DNA of 63,639 bases, the filler included, from Reclinomonas americana ATCC 50394 (Eukaryota), in assembly GCA_048213135.1 (NCBI GenBank). It is 14 parts of 14 records of this genome, joined end to end, with 100 filler letters (N's around TTAATTAATTAA, not from the genome) between each part and the next. Parts side by side here need not be neighbours in the genome. Positions count along the whole stretch, not along the records: positions 25,584 to 44,475 come from AFZH01022969.1; 13 more parts are not named here. One strand, written 5' to 3'. Position numbers and translations under genes: made by a program. Numbering within the stretch: the first letter of the stretch is position 1; the number at the start of each line of letters is the position of its first letter. The notes under the pieces were generated by a model. That model made no database searches. It was not told where the DNA came from and saw only the letters and a program-made list of their open reading frames with translations. This document shows, piece by piece, positions 26,342 through 37,765 of this stretch.

Positions 26342-27723
26342 TCAGGCTGCCAGCAAGCGGAACTGCTGTCGCGTGGCGCCCGCCTCGCACCGCTCCGTGA
26401 CAATCGCTGCCCCACTTGAGGTGGATCCGGCTTTCACAGCCAGGCACAAGTACTCGGCGCTTCGAATGTACACTTGCTGGACACTGGTGCCGCGCTGTGT
26501 GTAGATGCAGCAGCACGCAAGAAGTCATTATGCACGCTGCGCATACACGACTGACTAGCTATAGAGAGTGCGACTTGCAGGAGTGAGAGACACGACGTAC
26601 CAGTTCCCACAAGTAGTATTCGTGGACTGTGCACCAGGGCTAAAGCTATCGGCTGCTGCTGAATCGGTGCCCATTCACCCAGACTGGCGTACGTAATGTA
26701 GTCCACATTCAGCGAGCCGGAGACGGCAATGTACATGTTGGAGACGTGAGTCGGCTTGATGGAGAACCATGCGTCGGTGATGACGTAGTCGACAGTGGAC
26801 CTTTCGACCAAGAATACTTGATTTGTCCCTCCATTGATTGGAGACTGCTGCAGATTAATGCCGCCGACTGTCGACGAGCTCGGCACATCCCAAACCATGC
26901 CACTTCGAAGCGACTGAATGCGGAACGCAGCATGGTCGGCCAGTGCAGTTGCGGTCAACTGCGGTCTGCATCCCAGCAAAGGAGAGAATTAGTGTTATGC
27001 AGCTGCAGCAGCAGTATCGTGAACAACGGACCCCAAATCTGGCACATCAAACGGTAGATATATCATTTCCAAGTGGAACAGTTGTCGCCTATCGCCGTAG
27101 CATGGCGCCATCCTGATACCGGTGTAGCCGACGTCTGTGCTGGTGATGGTGATGCACTTTTGCGGCGCCGACGGGGTGACTGTATCCGGTGGTGCCATGA
27201 TAACGACATGGTGCGCCGCATCGTCGTACTGCAGCATGTCTTGGAGGACCTAGTTGGGAAGGGAAAGGGAGCAGACTTTAGCGACCACAGCAAGAGGGAC
27301 ACGAAGAGAAAAACAATAGGTCGGTGCCGGGCCATGGGTGATCAATGATTGAGAGAAAGAGGGAGGTGGGAGAGTGAGAGAAAGTGAATGAAAGCGAGTG
27401 AAAAAGAGAGAGAGAGAGTGAGAGTGGGCGCAAGAGCTTGCACAAGTTCGTGCTTCATCTTCTGGAGAGGCGCTTGTGCCGATGTATGCACGTAACGAGT
27501 TGCCACGACCACGTTGCTGGCAAGTGAGGATCCTGCACAATTGTTCCATCTGTCGTTGCCACCATGTAGGACTCGCTGTAGCCGATCTGCAGAAGGCCTG
27601 TCCAGATCAACTGCTCGCCGGGTTCTGCACGATAATTCAGCGTGGGGTAATGCGCACTGCACCCAGAGAAACGTGCCCCATCCTCACATTTCGAGCATGT
27701 GTCATAGTGCAGTGATTCGTACG
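26342..27723 (-). CDS. Multi-exon ricin-B (beta-trefoil) lectin-like protein; 5' end not determined
   Basis: Subdomain motifs KCITITS..GIRMAPCYGDRRQLF, FRIQSLRSGMVWDVPSSSTVGGINLQQSPINGGTNQVF and YIRSAEYLCLAVKAGSTSSGAAIVTERCEAGATRQQFRLLAA* (stop at 26342-26344). Confidence 0.7.
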
Positions 27724-27979
27724 CTACGAGGAGGGAAAGAAAGTGCGGAGGTGTGATGGACGTGCGCACTCAACGTCACACATGCGCGGTGTACTCACAC
27801 GAATCAATGGCACGCATACATGCACGCGTGAGACGATCCTCACTCAGAAGTGGGAGAAGAGAGGGAGCGAGAGGAAGAGGACAAAGAGAGGGCGAGAATG
27901 CGACGGAGAAGGCTGCGAAAATCAATAACATCCAGAATGCAGCGCGCACACACGCACAGGCAAATCAACGAGATGCACA

Positions 27980-28019
<40 letters not shown>

Positions 28020-28158
28020 ACAATGTTCACTCGGAGGAAAAAGAAGAGAGGCGAGAGAGAAGAGAGGCGAGAGAGAGAAAGAAGGAATCATTTCTGCGAT
28101 CAATGCACGCACTGCAAGAAGAATCTCTCTCTCTCTCTTTCGCACTCACTCACTCGCC

Positions 28159-28194
<36 letters not shown>

Positions 28195-28538
28195 ACACAA
28201 CACACCTTGAATGCAACAGAATCGAGCATGAGTCCTTTTCGCCTCCGGCGTCCCTCTTTCACTTGCTCGCGGACTCTCTCACACCCCGCCCTCTCTTCCT
28301 CACCCATCCATGACACGTGACACAGCAGGCAACCATCAAACACGGCGTGCAGGCAATGAGGCAAGAAACGTCAGGTGTCCCGCGTGACATGTTATGTGGA
28401 CTACGTACTCACGCAAGCATACTTACGTAGCACAACGTACACCGCCACGAGAACAAGCCGACTGTGTGTGAGACGTGTGTGCAACAAGGTACATCCTGCT
28501 GACGATCGAGAAAAGAAGCCACGAACTGCAACGAGAAG

Positions 28539-31500
28539 ATGTCGGTGAGTTGTAGATTGAGCGGGGACGCTTGCTTCTCTCTGTCTTCTCTCTCATCGCT
28601 TGTCGCTTACTGCCTTGTGTGTGACACAGTTCTCTGTGAATGTGAGTGCGGCGCATGATTCATCGCTGTCGGTGGTGGTGGAGGGCATGACGGCCATGTC
28701 CACTCTCGCGGACTTGCTGCGCGGGGCCACACGCTTGCTGCGAGAGAAGAGTGGCGATGAGGGGGTGGAGATTGTGGGAGTGGAGAAGCCGGTGCCATAC
28801 AAGGTGGCCAAGGTCGGCGGAATGGAGCTGGCGGATCTTGGCATCAACTCATCAACACACCTTGTTGTCCGTGTGAACGTTCGCGTGGCACCGCAGGGGA
28901 GCGGGAATGGGAGGTGTGTCTGGGGTGAGTTTGTGCACCATCCTCTGTGCAAAGCATGCATCTCACTCTCACGCTCGTCCAGCAACTCGGAGCGAGTGCG
29001 TCGGTTTGTTTTGCTTGCCTTCAACAGCCTTCTCTGCCTTTCATCGTTCTTTCACTCGGAGCGAGTCTGTGCTGACTGTGCTAGTGTTCATGCACAGCAT
29101 GATCAACTCCCAGCGCATCAACATGGCCTTTGAGGTGGTGGAGGAGGCCGTGCGTTTGCGCTGCCAAAGCGCACTGGCGCAGTTCAGTCGCGATCATCCC
29201 GACTTTGATGTGCGGGCGTGGGTGCCGAGTTTCGCGCCTGCTGGCATGAATGTGCCAGCAGTGAAGGCATGGCGTGCGCGACATGTGCCGGATACTGGAT
29301 GGCAAGTTAGGTTGTATGAGGAGAAGCAGCCGGTGGTCTTGGCCTGGCGCGCTGCCTTCGACGCTGACCCCTCATCCGACCCTCCGTGTGACGGTTTCGA
29401 TACGACGGCACTCGCCTCCATCATGTCATATGGTGGCTTTGTTCTGGATGACGGTCACAAGATGCTACTGATTGACAATGTTGATGAACGAAAGGCGGTG
29501 GAAGAGCTGCACACTGTCAGGAACAAGCTCAGACACGATGAGTTGCCATTCACGCATGGCGTCGTGCAGGAGCTTCTTGGTGATGATGGCATCATCCTCT
29601 CCATCCTCTTTCGACTGCAGTTGACGGTCGACGAGTGTGCTCGATTCGTTGCTCGCATCTGCGAGGCACGTCACGCTCGCCTAATAATGGACACATTCGA
29701 GGAGCGACTGCATCGGCTGGCTGTGCGTGAGCTTTCGTTCTACCAGCACGACGAGAGTGTGCGCAAGGACATGCAGATGTATGTGCCGCTGCTGTGTTCC
29801 CGTGATCGTGACATATCTTCGAGTGACAAGATGACGGATCTGTTGTCGGAGGTGGATGTTTTTCTTTCCGACACCAACGCCACGCATCGTGTGCTGGTGC
29901 TCTTCGGCAACAGTGGCGCCGGCAAGACCACCACCATGTCGGTGCTCGCTGAGCGAGCATGGCGACAGTGGCAAGCGAGCGAGAGTCGACGAATGCCTGT
30001 CCGTGTACCTCTTGGTGCTCTGCGCAATGCCGATGAGCGGCTGCTGGAGGAGGCATTGGAGCGACTGTCACCCGAGTTGGGATTGGAGTCGGATGTGCGA
30101 CGGCTGAAGGATGAACCACTGCTGTTGTTGCTTGATGGATACGACGAGTTGTACCGTGGCGTGAATCTGTTTGTCAAGAACCAGCTGGATGTGTGTCGCG
30201 ATGTGAAGGTGATTATCACCTGTCGTGGCGACTACGCGCTGACGGCACTGGGTGGAGCGGCACAGTATCGACGGTACTTTGCACCGGTGGATGCACGAGG
30301 ACAGTTGTGCATGCAGCAGCTGATGGAGCGACACATTGCACCGTTCAACAAGGAGCAGATTGACGAGTATATTGAGCGAGTGGTGCATGTGGGTGGTGAT
30401 AATGATGAAGACGGTGGGGTGCGTTGGTCGACTGCCGAGGAGTACATCGATGCCCTGGAGAGTGTGCATGGACTGGATGCATTGGTGTCGAATCCATTCA
30501 TGCTGGCTGTGGTGGCTCGTGTGTTACCGCAGTTGGTAGCAAGTGGTGTGCAGCGACCGACTCGATGTGATGTGTTTGACCGGTTCATTCGACAGTGGAT
30601 TGTGAGGGAGCAGGAGAGGCAGACGCGTCTCGGTGCGGAGCGTGTGCCGAGTGAGGAGACGTGTCTGGCATTCTGTGAGGGACTGGCACGGTTGATGCAT
30701 GAGAGGAATGTGGTGCGTGTGTCTGTGAAGGAGAGTCCATCAAGTGAGGATGACTTTGGTGGTGCGCCACTCGCCTTGCGACGAGTGGAAGAGGGACCAT
30801 TTGACAAGTTCCTCGGTCACAAGAACCAGCATGTGCGAGTGTGCTGTCCGATTGTGCGACGGTATGGGACGACCCAGTGGGGATTTGTGCATCTGTCGTT
30901 GTTGGAGCACTGTGTGGCGCGACATGTGTTTGCGTGGGAGACGTGGCAGGAGGAGAGGCGATTGACAATCGAAGATGTGCAGCAGCATGTGCTGGGAGCG
31001 CGACTGCTGAACGACAGACCATCGTTGGTGGAGCAGATGGCTGAGGTGGTGCGACGGTCTCCTCGATTGCAAGAGAGGTTGTGGGAGGTTATTGAGATGT
31101 CACGCGAGGTGGATGAGGAGCGAGTGGTGACGGCGGCAGCGAATGCGGCGACGGTGTTGTGTGTGGCACAAGTGTCGTTCAGTGGGCGCGATCTGTCGCG
31201 TGTGCGACTGAGGGGCGCTGATTTGAGGGATGCGGTGATGCACAGGACGGTATGGAGGGGAGCGGATTTGCGTGGGGTGAATGTGTGCATGGCGTATGCG
31301 AGGGAGGCGGATTTCAGGGGAGCGGATGTGACGGGTGTGAAGTGGCCAAGGAATCCGATGACGGGACACACTGGCTGGGTGCGTGCAGTGGCAGTGACAC
31401 CCGATGGACAACACATTGTGAGTGGCAGTGATGACAAGACTGTGCGCGTGTGGTCGTTAGCAAGCGGAAAAGAAGTGCTACGATTGGAAGTGCGAATCGG

Positions 31501-33262
31501 GGGAGTGAACTCTGTAGCTGTCGCTCCAGATGGCCAGCACATTGTGAGTGGAGGTGATGACAAGATCGTGCGAATGTGGTCTCTTGTAAGTGGAGAGGAA
31601 GTGCGTCAGTTTGGGGGCCACGTTGGCGCTGTGTGGTGCGTTCTCGTCACTCTCGATGGGCAGTACATTCTCAGCGGGAGTGAAGACAGAACTCTGCGAT
31701 TGTGGTCACTGGTGAGTAGCGAGGTGCGACTGCTGGAAGGCCACACTAGTGTGGTGCGTGCAGTTGCAGTGACACCCGATGGCCAGCACATTGTGAGTGG
31801 CAGTGATGACAATACTGTACGGGTGTGGTCGGTGGCAAGTGGCGAGGAGGTGCGACGGCTGGAAGGCCACACGAGTGGGGTGCGGGCAGTGGCATTGACA
31901 CCCGATGGTAGCTGTATCGTGAGTGGAAGTGCGGACAATACAATCCGAGTGTGGTCACTGGTTAGCGGAGAGGAAGTGCGACGGCTAGTGGGGCATACTG
32001 ATGTGGTGTATACTGTCGTTGTCACTCCCGATGGTCGGCACATTATCAGCGGGAGTGCTGACTTGTCCGTGCGAGTGTGGTCAGTGGCGAGTGGGGAGGA
32101 GGTGCGAAGGTTGGAGGGACACGGTTCTGGTGTCGTAACTATCGTCACCACCCCCGATGGTCAGCACATAGTAAGTGGGAGTTGGGACAAAAACATTCGC
32201 CTGTGGAATATTTTTGGTGAGGAGGAAGTGCGCCGATTGGCCAGGCGCAGAGACGTTGTGCAGTGCGTGATCGTATCTCCCGACGGTCGACACGTTGTTA
32301 GCGGAGGTTGGGATTGTTTAGTCTCCGTGTTCTCTGTGGTGAGTGGAGAGGAGGGTCACCGATTCTGCGGGCTCAACAAATGGGTGTTGTCTGTAGCTAT
32401 GACACCCGATAGCCAGCACGTTATTAGTGGAGGCATGGATAATTCAGTGAGATTGTGGTCCATGTCGAATGGAAAAGAGCTTTTGGTGCTACATGGACAC
32501 AGGGGAGGCGTGTCCGCTGTCGCTGTTACTCCTAATGGTCGGTACATTGTGAGTGGAAGTTCAGATAATACGCTGCGTGTGTGGTCGATCGTGGATGGAC
32601 ACGAAGTGAGTCTGCTGGTGGGGCACACTTCATGGGTCAGATCCGTCGCTGTCACCCCCGACGGTCAGCATGTTGTTAGTGGTAGTGAGGACACGACAGT
32701 GCGGGTGTGGTCGCTGGCAACTGGTGAAGAAGTCTGGCGGTTGGAGGGGCACGCAGGCTGGGTATTCTGTATCGCTGTCACTCCCGATGGTCATCGCATT
32801 GTAAGTGGTAGTGCTGACTGGACAGTGCGAGTGTGGTCACTTGAGAGTAGGGAGGAAATACGACGAATTGAGGGACACGCTGGAAAGGTTTACTCTGTTG
32901 TCGCTACCCCCGACGGGCAGCACATAGTAAGCGGGGGTGAGGATAAAACTGTGAGAGTGTGGTCTCTTGCAAGTGGAGAAGAAATACTGCGACTGGAGGG
33001 ACACACTGACTGGGTGCGATCTGTTGCCATCACTCCCGATGGTCATCACATCCTAAGTGGCAGTTGGGACCGAACCATTCGAGCGTGGTCCGTGGCGAGC
33101 GAACCACATGTGCGATGTGCTGAGCATCGCACCGATCAATTCAGCGGATCTCAGGACACCAACGGTACTTCGAGTCATGGCTATCTTCGTTGGGGGGCAG
33201 GTCTTCTTGAGCGCATCAGTGGATCATTCTTGCCCGATTTCAGTGACGCTTTGAATGACTGA
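28539..33262 (+). CDS. NLR-like protein 1: ubiquitin-like domain, HEPN-like domain, NACHT, pentapeptide repeats, 14 WD40 repeats (about 1484 aa)
   Basis: Exons 28539-28544 (ATG TCG|gtgagt), 28630-28913 and 29098-33262 splice in frame. Motifs: Ubl-like ELADLGINSSTHLVVRV; FDTTALASI..VRNKLRH (RxxxxH at 29519-29536); Walker A GNSGAGKT (29906-29929); Walker B LLLLLDGYDE; ITCR; NPFML; FVHLSLLEH; AAANAATVL..FSGRDL..GADL. WD repeats span ~31364-33095. Confidence 0.9.
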
Positions 33263-33374
33263 ATATACTGTCAAGGAGTAACACTCTGTCATCGTAGTAA
33301 TGGCGAATAATTATCATGCAGTTGCATTTTGCCGCTGCGTGAAATCGCTGATTCCCCGTCGGTGGAAGAGGCCT

Positions 33375-33710
33375 AGGAGGGCTTGTCGGCCAAGTCCACT
33401 CTCACGGACTCGGTACGCGAGGTCAAACGCTTGCTTCGTGAGAAGAGTGGAGATGAGCAGATGGTGTCGGGGTGGAGAAGCCGGTGCCGTATGATATCGT
33501 AGACGGCTGTGTCACATCCCTGCGATTCCTGGGCATCAACTCATCAACACACCTTGTTGTCCGTCTGACACTTGGCGTGGCACTGTCACCGAGTGGGGGG
33601 AGTGAGAAGGGAAGGTGTGTGTTTGTGAATCATGTCTCTGCGCCAAACATGCAGCTCACTCTATGCCTTCGCCCAGCAACTCGTAGCAAGCGACTCGGTT
33701 TGCTTGCCGC
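33375..33710 (+). pseudogene. Decayed duplicate of the NLR1 ubiquitin-like exon plus the start of its intron
   Basis: Shares tccactctc.cggact, gagaagagtgg.gatgag, gtggagaagccggtgcc, ggcatcaactcatcaacacaccttgttgtccgt and the intronic cagcaactcg with 28680-29020. The 5' part has indels. Confidence 0.8.
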
Positions 33711-33759
33711 CGTGCTTCTCTCTCTCTCTCTCACACACTCTCACTCTCACTCTCCCCCC

Positions 33760-34254
33760 GGCGCCGGCCAGTCGTGCTGCAACGGCGTCTGCACCAATCT
33801 CTCCAGCAACGCCAACAACTGTGGCACCTGTGGCAAGTCGTGCGCCGCCGGTCAGGTCTGCTGCACCGGCTTGTGCGTCCTGCCCAGCAGTTTCACCAAC
33901 GACAAGAACAACTGTGGCTCTTGCGGCTTTGTGTGCCCCGCCGCTGGTCAGTCGTGCTGCAACAGCAAGTGCGTCGTATTGAGCAGCGATCCGAGCAACT
34001 GCGGCACCTGTGGCAAGACGTGCCCTACTGGCCAGTCGTGCTGCAACAGCGTCTGCGTCAATACCCAGAGCTTCGCCACGGACGCCAAGAATTGTGGCAC
34101 GTGCGGGCATGTGTGCCCGCTATCGGCACCCAATTGCTGCAGCGGATCGTGTGTGGCACCGACCAATCATCCGCTGAAATGTGGTCCGTGCGCCAATATA
34201 CAGTGCCTTCCCAATCTCAAGTGCTGCACGGGAGTGTGCAAGACCGCCTGCTGA
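33760..34254 (+). CDS. Cys-rich repeat protein (CC...C......NCGxCGxxC repeats, Stig1-like); true 5' end unclear
   Basis: ORF 33472-34254 has four to five repeats such as SCCNGVCTNLSSNANNCGTCGKSCAAGQ, with high-GC codons. Confidence 0.7.
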   Translation, partial: GAGQSCCNGVCTNLSSNANNCGTCGKSCAAGQVCCTGLCVLPSSFTNDKNNCGSCGFVCPAAGQSCCNSKCVVLSSDPSNCGTCGKTCPTGQSCCNSVCVNTQSFATDAKNCGTCGHVCPLSAPNCCSGSCVAPTNHPLKCGPCANIQCLPNLKCCTGVCKTAC

Positions 34255-34409
34255 TCTGCACCACCCAAGTGAAAACGGGCGCAAGCTGAGGATTGTTAAT
34301 GTAAAGAAGCTCTGGCCTCGAAACAGTATTGTCAATGCGAAACAGCCAGCTGGAGGGGAAGGCGATAAAGTACTAGTCATCCATCTCGTGCAGGGCATGG
34401 TTCATTGCG

Positions 34410-35584
34410 CTACCACAAAAGCGCACGGCGTTCGATCACCTCTGCATCCTCCAACACAAAGCACCGCAGCACGACATCGACCAGGATCCAGTCACGGCCA
34501 TCGTCCCTCTCGTCGAACAGCAGCTCGTCGGCGGCCAGCGCGGCCAATCGCGCGGCCGCAAGCTCCTGACCGGCAAGTCCACGCGGTGTGGACCACACTC
34601 GTATCGTCCCGTCAATGCCACCCGCACTCACAATGCGATCACTGTCAGGAGAGACGGCCACACACGACACCCATCCAGTGTGCCCCTCTATCCGTCGCAC
34701 TTCCTCGCCGCTCGCCAGAGACCACACCCGCACGGTGCAGTCCCCACTCCCGCTCACAGTGTGCTGTCCATTTGGGGTGACAGCGACAGACGTCGCGGTA
34801 CTGGCGTGTCCCTTCAACTGTCGCATGAGCTCCCCGCTTGCCAGAGACCACACTCGCACTGTGTTGTCCCTACTGCCACTCACGACGTGTTGACCATCTG
34901 GAGTAACAGCGACTGACATCACCCAGTCAGCGTGTTCCCCCAATCGTCGCACCTCCTCCCCACTCGCCAGCAACCATACCCGCACGGTGTTGTCCCCACC
35001 GCCACTCACCACATGCTGACCATCGGGAGTGACTGTGACACAATACACCACTCCAGTGCCTCCTTCCAACCGTCGCGCCTCCTCCCCACTCACCAGTGAC
35101 CACACCCGCACTGTGTTGTCATAGCCGCCGCTGGTGATGTACTGCCCATCAGGCGAGACGGCGACTGACATCACCGTACTGGCGTGTTCCTCCAGCCGTC
35201 GCACTTCTTCTCCACTCGCCAGCGACCACACACGTACGGTACAGTCTCCACTTCCACTCACTATCTGCTGGCCATCAGGAGCGACAGCGACACAATACAC
35301 CCATCCAGTGTGTCCATCCAGCCGTCGCACTTCTTCGCCACTCGCCAGCGACCACACTCGAATCGTCCTGTCCACACATCCACCGACACTGTGTCTGCCA
35401 TCGGAAGTGCGACTGTGACGGATCGCACCGAAGAAGCGCGACTACGAATGATCTGTGCCGACCATTCGCGATGAGACGCATGCACAGCAGCAACATTTGA
35501 AGACACGCACACATGCACAAGCACACGTATGCACGCACAGACACCAACCACGCAAAAGTGCACACATCACACCTTTGTTGCCAT
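34410..35584 (-). pseudogene. WD40-only copy 5: chimeric (type-B body, type-A tail) with a frameshift in repeat 1
   Basis: Exon 1 is 35573-35584 (MATK) and exon 2 starts at 35452 (IIRSRASSVRSV). An extra 2 nt at ~35410 (gtc-gc-act) puts it out of frame with ORF 34410-35375. Tail ELAAARLAAL..DWILVDVVLRCF. Confidence 0.75.
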
Positions 35585-36489
35585 TCTCCGTGGTGTGTGT
35601 GTGTGTGTGTATGTGTGTGTGTGTGAGAGAGAGAGAGTACGTGTGAGAGAGGGTGTGTGTGTGCGTTGCTATACTATACTATGCGAGAAGCAGTCTGATT
35701 CATCCGACAGAACATCGACATCCTCTTTCTCTCTCGCGCGTGTGCGTGCGCCTGTCTCTGTGTCACTACCCCTGTCTCCACGTCCTCGTCGTGGTGCTCC
35801 TTCCTCAACCAGCGATGTGAGCAAGATGTTGCGGCATTGAATGTGCATGCATGCCGAGCCTGTTCTAACTCGACACACCATGAGCATTAACTCCCTCCGA
35901 GCCGCGCGCGTGAGTCGGGTGGAGAGCAACAACAAACGGTTCAGAAAGAGAGCAACGAGGCAGCGCAACTCGTGAGTGGGTGCGTCACACAAGTTGTCAG
36001 CGCACACACGTGCAAGAAACGGGTGTGCAGGGCAAGTGCACTCTCTCTCTCTCTCCTCGTGGCGGGTGCGGCGAGAAGGGTGACCATCTGCTTGATGCGC
36101 TCACGATGTTCAAGCCATGCCAGTGTGAGGAGGGGAGGCGACCATGATGCCACTGGCCGCTGCTTCAGAGCCACAGGCTGGCGTCTCCGCCGCGTTTGAA
36201 TGACAAGGCGACATGAGCTCGAGGGCACAAGGCGTGTGTATGTGGGTGGATGAGCGAGGACTCACTCAATGCCGAGCAGCGCGTGTCTGTTCATTCCATG
36301 GTCTCACCTCAACCACCCACCATACTCTCGTCGCAAACCCACTGCACTGTGCTGCATCTGCTTTCTCGCGGCCTCGACTTGGCAATGCAACAAGGAAGCA
36401 CCAGGGCACGTGCACATTTGAGGCGGTGTGGTGGCCAACATGACAGAGTTGCGCAGTGACAGCAATCGGTCTTCGTACATTCATTGAGC
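35585..36489. repeat. Spacer module X (~0.9 kb); other copies at 41111-42013 and 48084-48976
   Basis: Shared blocks aagcagtctgattcatccgac, gatgttg.ggcattgaatgtgca, ccactggcc.ctgcttca and cccactgcactgtgctg. Confidence 0.9.
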
Positions 36490-37765
36490 TCACTCCGTCC
36501 AGCACCATCCAGGCGCACGGCGTTCAATCACCTTTCCATCCTCCAGCACGAAGCACCACAGCACGACATCGACGAGGATCCAGTCACAGTCATCTTCTTC
36601 GGCAAGCAGCTCGTTGACAGCCAGCACGGCCGATCGTGCGGCAGCAAGCTCTTGCCTCGCCAGCCCACGCGGCGTGGACCACACACGGATCGTTTTATCC
36701 TGACTGCCACACACGATGTGCTGGCCATCGGGAGCGACGGCAACAGACCAAACGGCACCAGTGTGCCCCTCCAACCGTCGCACTTCCTCTCCACTCGCCA
36801 GCGACCACATCCGCACCGTCTTGTCGGCACTTCCACTCACAACAAGTTGCTGACTATCGGGAGTGAAAGCGACGGTCAGCACTGCATTGCTGTGTCCCTC
36901 CATCCGTCGTACTTCTTCTCCAGTTGCCAGCGACCATACTCGCACCGTGTGGTCATCGCTCGCGCTCACGATGTGGTGTCCATCGGGAGAGACGGCGACA
37001 GACCGCACGGCACCGGTGTGTCCCTCTAGCCGCCACACCTCCTCACCACTCACGAGGGACCACACTCGAACAACGGCATCCTCACCCCCACTGACAATGT
37101 GCTGACTATCAGGAGTGACAGCGACAGAGAACACCCAGTGACCGTTTCTCTGCATTTGTCGCACGCGTTCCATACTCGTGAGGGGCCACTCTCGGACTGT
37201 GCCGTCCGCCCAACCAATTACAATGCGCTGACCAGCAGTGATAGCGACAGAGTATACCGCACTGAGACTTCTCAACCGCCGCACTTCTTCTCCATCTGAG
37301 GCGGCCAGTGACCACACCCGTACACTCGTATCCTCACTGCCGCTGACGATATACTGATTATCGGGAGTGACAGCGACAGACCACACCCATCCAGTGTGTC
37401 CCTCAAACCGTCGCTCTTCCTCTCCGCTCGCCAGCGACCACACTCGCACTGTCTTGTCCCTACTGCCACTCACAATGAACTGACATTCAACAGTAATCAT
37501 GACAGCGACTGTCAGCACTGTTCCGAAACCCTCTCCAAATCGTCGCACTTCTTCTCCACTCGCCAGAGACCACACACGCACCGACCCGTCGAAGCCCCCA
37601 CTCACGATAAATTGACCATCGGGGGTGATGGCGACACATCGCACAGTGTCTGTGTGACCCTGCAAGACCTATGTCGATCATCACTGTGAGATGGACAAAG
37701 AGAGCAGCAGCCACACACACGAATCCCACACGCACGCGCACGTGTGAGCGCACCTTGGTCGCCAT
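36490..37765 (-). CDS. WD40-only protein copy 6 (8 repeats, type-A tail)
   Basis: Exon 1 is 37754-37765 (MATK), intron 37669-37753 ending TAG, exon 2 is 36490-37668. Confidence 0.88.

Noticed and set aside
28907..29097. Listed N-terminus of the 1451-aa ORF (MGGVSGVSL...)
   Set aside because: Lies mostly in an inferred intron (28914-29097, with a gctgac branch and cacag acceptor); the spliced Ubl exon model fits better.
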